From: Myxococcales bacterium
GTDB taxonomy: Bacteria; Myxococcota_A; Polyangia; Polyangiales; DASUME01
Assembly (NCBI GenBank): GCA_047601445.1
Contig: JASGJH010000001.1
Span: forward strand, 288,001 to 352,000
Length of the DNA stretch: 64,000 nt
Direction of reading: 5' to 3'
This document shows positions 58,848-64,000 of this stretch, in pieces. Position 1 is the first letter of the stretch, and each line of letters opens with the position of its first letter. The position numbers were made by a program, and so were the translations under genes. Below the pieces are notes generated by a model that was given only the letters and a program-made list of their open reading frames with translations, did not search any database and was not told where the DNA came from.

Positions 58848-60392
58848 ATGAAGAAGCTCTATCCCTCGCTCGCGCTCGCGGGCCTGCTCGCGTCATCGAC
58901 GGCTTGCAACAGCGATGACGACAAGACCGCGTCGCAGTGTCAGGTGCTCTGCAAGGCTCCAGCGGCCGACGCGGGAGGCGATTCCGGCGCCGGTGCTGCG
59001 ACGCCGATGGACGCTGGCAACTGCGCCTGTGGCGGCGATGGCGGCGATGGAGACGTCGACAGCGGCGGCGACGGGGATGTCGACAGCGGCACGATGCAGG
59101 ATGGCGGGCACGGCGATGGGGGCATGACGGGCTCCGACGCGGGCAGCGATGCCGGGACCGAGCCCAAACCCACCGGAGACACGGCGCCCGACGTCACTGG
59201 ACTGAACGCGGTCCAGGTCGTGGGCGGTCTCAGCAACCTTGTGTACGCGGCACAGCCCAAGGGCACCACGGACTGGTATCTCGTGGAGCAGGCCGGCACC
59301 GTGAAGGTCTGGCACGCGGGCGGCGGCAACACGACCAGCGTCTTTCTCACGCTGCCCGAGGCCGATAACAATGGCGGCGGCGAGGAGCGCGGGCTGCTCT
59401 CCATCGCTTTTCCGCCGGACTACGCCACGAGCGGGTTGTTCTACGTGATGCTCACGCCCTTGATGGGTACCTCCGCCAACCACGACCTCGTGCTGCGATT
59501 CAAGCGCTCCGACGCGGATCCGTTCAAGGCCGACATGGCGTCGCGGGAGGTCATCCTCGACGTGCCTGCGTCGGCCAGCAACCACAACGGTGGCACCGCC
59601 ATCTTCGGGCCCGACGGCTTGTTGTACGTGGGCACCGGCGACGGCGGCGGCGGCTGCAACAGCGACAAGCCTGGTGCGCCCCAGGATATCAGCGCGCTGA
59701 ACGGCAAGGTGCTGCGGCTCGATCCGAGCAAGGCGGCGCCCTATGCGGCAGCGGGCAATCCCTTTGCCGCCACGGGCGATGCGCGCGTGTTGCACTACGG
59801 GTTGCGGAATCCGTTCCGGATTGGCTTCGATAGCGCAACGGGAGATCTCTATCTGGGTGATGTGGGCCAGGGAGCCTACGAAGAGCTCGACTATGCCCCC
59901 AAGGGAGCCACTGGTTTCAACTTCGGTTGGCCTGCATACGAGGGGGCGGTGGCTTCGACCGCGCTGAGCAACGCGCAGTGGTGCAACACGATGAGCAATG
60001 ATCGTCCTGCGCTGCGCGCGGGCTCGGTCGCCACGGCGCCCATCCTCAGCATCGATCGACGCGGAGGGGGCGGCTGCACGGGGTCGTTCTGTGACTACTC
60101 CTCGGTGATCGGCGGCGTGGTGTATCGCGGCGACGCCATCAAGAAGCTGCGCGGGGCCTATCTATTCGGGGACTACGTGGGCGCGCGCATGGGAGCTCTC
60201 TATCAAGTGGGCAACAAGACCTCGCCCGTCGCCATCCTGCGCAAGCGGTGCAATGGCAGCGACGAGGCGTGTATCCCCATGGCGGCCGGTATCAACGAGC
60301 TCACCGGCATCGTGGAAGGTGCGGACCGCGAAGTGTACCTGGTGGCAACGCGCACCAAGCTCATGAAGCTCGTGCCCGCCACGCAGCCCTGA
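58848..60392 (+). CDS. PQQ-dependent glucose/sorbosone dehydrogenase-family lipoprotein
   Basis: Lipobox STAC, Asp/Gly linker, ERGLLSIAFPPDY, NHNGG..FGPDGLLYVGTGDGG, GLRNPFR, DVGQ..EE and SVIGG.VYRG. Confidence 0.88.
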   Translation: MKKLYPSLALAGLLASSTACNSDDDKTASQCQVLCKAPAADAGGDSGAGAATPMDAGNCACGGDGGDGDVDSGGDGDVDSGTMQDGGHGDGGMTGSDAGSDAGTEPKPTGDTAPDVTGLNAVQVVGGLSNLVYAAQPKGTTDWYLVEQAGTVKVWHAGGGNTTSVFLTLPEADNNGGGEERGLLSIAFPPDYATSGLFYVMLTPLMGTSANHDLVLRFKRSDADPFKADMASREVILDVPASASNHNGGTAIFGPDGLLYVGTGDGGGGCNSDKPGAPQDISALNGKVLRLDPSKAAPYAAAGNPFAATGDARVLHYGLRNPFRIGFDSATGDLYLGDVGQGAYEELDYAPKGATGFNFGWPAYEGAVASTALSNAQWCNTMSNDRPALRAGSVATAPILSIDRRGGGGCTGSFCDYSSVIGGVVYRGDAIKKLRGAYLFGDYVGARMGALYQVGNKTSPVAILRKRCNGSDEACIPMAAGINELTGIVEGADREVYLVATRTKLMKLVPATQP

Positions 60393-60406
60393 GGCGAAGG
60401 TCGTCC

Positions 60407-61621
60407 TTACGGGTTCGGCGCAGGGTACCCGCGCGCTTCCGTCATCTGCTCGATCCACAGGCGCACGGCGGTCACGCCTTTGTCGTCGACTTGGTTGGTG
60501 GCGATGCGCGGCATCTGTGCCGGCCCGCGCACGGCCATGCGCCCCAGCAGCAAACTGCGGGTCGGATCGGTGGGGCGCACGCGCAGGTAGCCGCCGGCCG
60601 GGACGGGCGAGGGCAACACGGCGTTGTTGCCATAGCCCTGGTTGAGCGAGGTCTTGACCGCGTCGGTGTCGAAGACGCTGCCGTACTCACCCTGCTCGAG
60701 TCGAAGGTTGAGCCCGCTCTGCTTGGCCTCCGCGAAGGCCTCCTGGTTGTGGCAGCTCACGCCACAATTGGCGTGCAGATAGCCGAGCGCCGCGCTCTCC
60801 ACGGCGTCGCCCGGCGGCTTGGCCGACAGGAGCGACGCAGCGGGCAAGCCGTCCGCGCTGTTCGCGTCTATGAGTAGGCCGCGATCGAACAGCGTTTGCA
60901 TGGAGAGACCGCTGGCGCCCGGGCCCAGCATGATGGGGTCGAAGCCGAGGGCGAAGTCCGGTCGGCCCGAGTGACACTGGCTGCACTGGTCGCGCGTGGG
61001 AACCGTGTGGCCGGTGCCGTAGAGGTTCGCCACGCCGTCGTTGTTCTGGACGGCGGTCGTCTCGTCCTCGGACCACACATAGGTCGTCGCAGACCACACG
61101 CCGGCGCGCTTCATCAGGAGCCGTGTCTCGCCGAGCCGCGTATGATCTCCGTCGACCACGCGAAACTCCTTCCACAGGCGCGTGCCTTCGGGGAAGACGA
61201 AGCCGTCGGGGCTGCTGACGTCGATCTTGGTACCAGGCGGAAGCCACAGGTAACGATGCTTGTCGGCGCCGTCGCTCCAGAGCGCGAACGCGGGCGCATA
61301 TTCGGTGACGCCGCAGGCGAGCCTTCGGCTCTGCGAGTCTGCGTAGAGGCCAGTGCAGCGCAGCTCCTGTGGAAGCGCGTTGCCGGTCAGGGGAGGGCAG
61401 TCGGCGGGCACGGGCAACGCCGTACACAGCTCACTGCCAGCATCCGCGGCGGCGTCCTGTGCCGCAGCATCGGCAGCATCGCCAGCGTCGCTGCCGGCGG
61501 CGGCATCCATGTGGACCGAGCCATCGGGCCCAGCATCTCCGAGCGGACCCGGTTGGTCTCCGCGGGAGTCCCCGCAAGCGGCCATGAGTAGGCTGGTGGT
61601 GATGAGTAGGCGGGCTTTCAT
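60407..61621 (-). CDS. c-type cytochrome lipoprotein, SO2930/HNE_0200-like
   Basis: Lipobox MAAC; LWSDGADKHR, FPEGT..KEF, ETRLL, CSQCH, YLHANCGVSCH, SLLLGRM and QMP. Confidence 0.7.
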   Translation of the reverse strand: MKARLLITTSLLMAACGDSRGDQPGPLGDAGPDGSVHMDAAAGSDAGDAADAAAQDAAADAGSELCTALPVPADCPPLTGNALPQELRCTGLYADSQSRRLACGVTEYAPAFALWSDGADKHRYLWLPPGTKIDVSSPDGFVFPEGTRLWKEFRVVDGDHTRLGETRLLMKRAGVWSATTYVWSEDETTAVQNNDGVANLYGTGHTVPTRDQCSQCHSGRPDFALGFDPIMLGPGASGLSMQTLFDRGLLIDANSADGLPAASLLSAKPPGDAVESAALGYLHANCGVSCHNQEAFAEAKQSGLNLRLEQGEYGSVFDTDAVKTSLNQGYGNNAVLPSPVPAGGYLRVRPTDPTRSLLLGRMAVRGPAQMPRIATNQVDDKGVTAVRLWIEQMTEARGYPAPNP

Positions 61622-62481
61622 GCGGACACGCTCTGGGCCGTTCGCTGGGGCTGGGCGGGCGCATTGCGCAGCCGCTCGAGCTCGAGGGCATCGTGGGCGC
61701 TGAACAGCGTGAGGTTTGCGGGATGGGCGTGCTTGAGCGCGCGCAGTCGGTCCTGGTTCTTTAGACGCAGCGAATCGTCCTGGGCCATCATGGTCTGGAA
61801 GGCGCGAAAGCCCACCGGGCAGCTCGCCGGTTCGTTCATCTCGTCGTGGTGGAAGTAGGCGTCGCCGCAATGCACGAGGTATCCGCTTCCCTGTCGCACC
61901 GCGACCGCCACGTGGCCCCGCGAGTGACCCTGCACAGGCACCAACAGGATGTCGGTTTCCTTGGCGGTTAGAGCGCGTACCGACTCGAAGCCATAGAAGG
62001 CATCGCCAGCGAGCTCGTGGATTTGCCAGCGCGGGGCATGGGACCAGCAGTGCTGCAGATAGCGCCGACGCTCCGCGAAGGTGGGGGGCGACATGGCCGC
62101 GCGATGCTCGTCCGCGAATACGTGGACGCTCGCCTCCGGGAAGTCCGAGATGCCGCCGGCATGATCGAAGTCCAGGTGCGTGAGCACGATGTGGCGCACG
62201 TCTTTGGCGGAGAACCCCAACTCGCGGACCTGGGCCAGCGCCGATTGGGCGGGGCGCATCACCGGACGCAGCGCGGCGCGAATGATCAGGGGCACGCGAC
62301 TGCGCTTGGGATCGAGGTCGCTGGTGGAGAGACCGGCATCGACCAACACCAGACCCGCCTCACTCTCGATCAGCAGACAATGACAGACGACATCGCCCAT
62401 TTCGAACACCCCTCCGGTACCGTGGAAGAAGCGACGTCCGAAGGGACACATGCTGCCGCAGTTGAGATGGTGGATGCGCAT
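61618..62481 (-). CDS. Metallo-beta-lactamase-fold hydrolase
   Basis: MRIHHLNCG, CHCLLIE..LVDAG, THLDFDHAGG, GHSRGH, GDAY and SAHD. Confidence 0.9.
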   Translation of the reverse strand: MRIHHLNCGSMCPFGRRFFHGTGGVFEMGDVVCHCLLIESEAGLVLVDAGLSTSDLDPKRSRVPLIIRAALRPVMRPAQSALAQVRELGFSAKDVRHIVLTHLDFDHAGGISDFPEASVHVFADEHRAAMSPPTFAERRRYLQHCWSHAPRWQIHELAGDAFYGFESVRALTAKETDILLVPVQGHSRGHVAVAVRQGSGYLVHCGDAYFHHDEMNEPASCPVGFRAFQTMMAQDDSLRLKNQDRLRALKHAHPANLTLFSAHDALELERLRNAPAQPQRTAQSVSA

Positions 62482-62559
62482 GGCCACCGAACCTAGCGGA
62501 GTTCGCGGTCCAGATCACCAGCTCGTTTGGGCGCGGCTCGCACCGGCAGGAGGGTGCGT

Positions 62560-63753
62560 TCAGCCGCCGCCCGGGTCGTCGTCGTCGGCTTCGCTCACTT
62601 CTTCGGTTGGTGGGCGGTCGTCGTCGAGTGCGTCGAGGTAGCCTTCGGGAAGCTGCACGCGCTGGCGTCCGGACGCCTTCCCACGCGGGACACGCATGGC
62701 TTGGGGCGGAAACGGCGCGCTTTGATCGGCCTGCGCGAGCACGTCCTCGAGCTCTTGCAGCGTGGTCACGTGGACCAGCTTGGCGCGCAGTTCGGCGCTG
62801 CCCCGGAACCCTTTGGTGTACCAGGTGCTGTGCTTGCGGAACATGCGCATGGCGGCCGCTTCGCCGAGCCAGCTCGCGAGCAACCGCGCGTGGTCCAGCA
62901 TGATGCCCACGACCGCGCCCAGGTCTGGCGGATCCTGCGGCTCCCGGCCGTCGAAGACGTCGGCCAAGTCGCGGAACAGCCAGGGGCGCCCGAGGCAACC
63001 TCGCCCCACGATCACACCGTCGCAGCCCGTCTCCCGCATCATGCGCAGGGCATCGTGGGCCTCCCAGATGTCACCGTTGCCCAGCACGGGGATGCTGCGC
63101 ACGGCGCGCTTGAGCTCCGTGATGGCCGACCAGTCGGCGTGCCCGTCGTAGAGCTGTTCGGCAGTGCGCGCGTGCAAACCCACCGCGGCGCAGCCTTCAC
63201 CCTCGGCCACGCGGCCCGACTCGAGGAACGTGAGGTGATCGCCGTCGGTGCCTTTGCGGAACTTGATGGTGACGGGAACCTTGCCCGCATTCTGCACCGC
63301 GGCGCGCACGATGTTGCGCAGCAGGCGGGGCTTGAGCGGGATGGCCGCGCCGCCGCCCTTGCGCGTGACCTTGGGCACGGGACAGCCGAAGTTCATGTCG
63401 AGGTGATCGACTCGGCCTTCACCCACCAGCCACTTCACGGCTTCGCCGACAAAGTAAGGGTCCACACCGTAGAGCTGAAGGCTGCGGGTGCTTTCTTCGG
63501 GACCGAAGTCGGCGAGGCGTCGGGTCTTGTCACGTCCCTCGGCCAGCGGGCGCGCGGTGATCATCTCGCTCACGTACAGACCGGCGCCAAACCGACGCGC
63601 CAGGGTACGGAACGGGTAGTTCGTGACGCCTGCCATGGGCGCCAACACCACCGGGGGCCAAACCGTGAGGGGACCCACATTAAGCGGGGAAAACTCGCCT
63701 GTTTGGGCCAGGGGAACGCCCCGATTCAGGTCGCTGAGGTACTTCGCATCCAT
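62560..63753 (-). CDS. dusB: tRNA-dihydrouridine synthase DusB
   Basis: LAPMAGVT, QLYG, DMNFGCPVPKV, LHART, GNGDI and GRGCLGRPW. Confidence 0.92.
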   Translation of the reverse strand: MDAKYLSDLNRGVPLAQTGEFSPLNVGPLTVWPPVVLAPMAGVTNYPFRTLARRFGAGLYVSEMITARPLAEGRDKTRRLADFGPEESTRSLQLYGVDPYFVGEAVKWLVGEGRVDHLDMNFGCPVPKVTRKGGGAAIPLKPRLLRNIVRAAVQNAGKVPVTIKFRKGTDGDHLTFLESGRVAEGEGCAAVGLHARTAEQLYDGHADWSAITELKRAVRSIPVLGNGDIWEAHDALRMMRETGCDGVIVGRGCLGRPWLFRDLADVFDGREPQDPPDLGAVVGIMLDHARLLASWLGEAAAMRMFRKHSTWYTKGFRGSAELRAKLVHVTTLQELEDVLAQADQSAPFPPQAMRVPRGKASGRQRVQLPEGYLDALDDDRPPTEEVSEADDDDPGGG

Positions 63754-64000
63754 GGGCTGGGATTGCCCTCAATAGCAGACCACGCCACAGCCGGCCCGAT
63801 CATGGTCGAGACGAAAACGTTTCTTGAGAATTCTTCGTAATGGTTCTTGGCGGGGCCGACTTCTAAGCATCCAATCGGCAGCATTCGTCGAACTCGTCGG
63901 TTGGGAGACCTTGGCGCCAGCCAAGGTCAGCTTGGGGGCCTCCCGCCCCAGCGAAGTTATGCCTGGTCAGGCCAGGCGGCAGAGAGTCACAAGGGTCGAC

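Overview
GC-rich bacterial chromosome segment with no rRNA, tRNA, CRISPR array or mobile element that I can detect. Gene content points to Myxococcota, probably Polyangiales (inference): a giant TPR protein, a Hanks-type Ser/Thr kinase, FHA and PP2C-cNMP proteins, Asp/Gly-linker lipoproteins, an RpoH-box sigma factor and a gspC-N operon. Main blocks: (1) 5.7-17.4 kb, a compact ethylmalonyl-CoA (EMC) pathway cluster (mch, mcl2, Chloroflexus-type mcl, mcd, ccr / ecm, meaB) with a ScfR/RamB-family regulator; (2) 17.4-33.8 kb, a diheme lipoprotein, PAS kinase, MFS, ferredoxin reductase, pyrF, maeB, PP2C-cNMP, two outer-membrane proteins, an FHA protein and a Kelch lipoprotein; (3) 33.8-52 kb, a sigma54 response regulator followed by a type II secretion operon, an rpoH-like sigma factor and rsmI, with a visible -24/-12 promoter and TGAC-N5-GTCA boxes; (4) 52.5-64 kb, ftsH, a metallophosphoesterase, fdxA, TetR, MFS, a PQQ dehydrogenase lipoprotein, a cytochrome c lipoprotein, an MBL hydrolase and dusB. 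Four genes are split by the same one-base insertion (GATC to GAATC on the coding strand), most likely a methylation-linked sequencing artefact. All homology calls come from motif recognition by eye; no database search was run.
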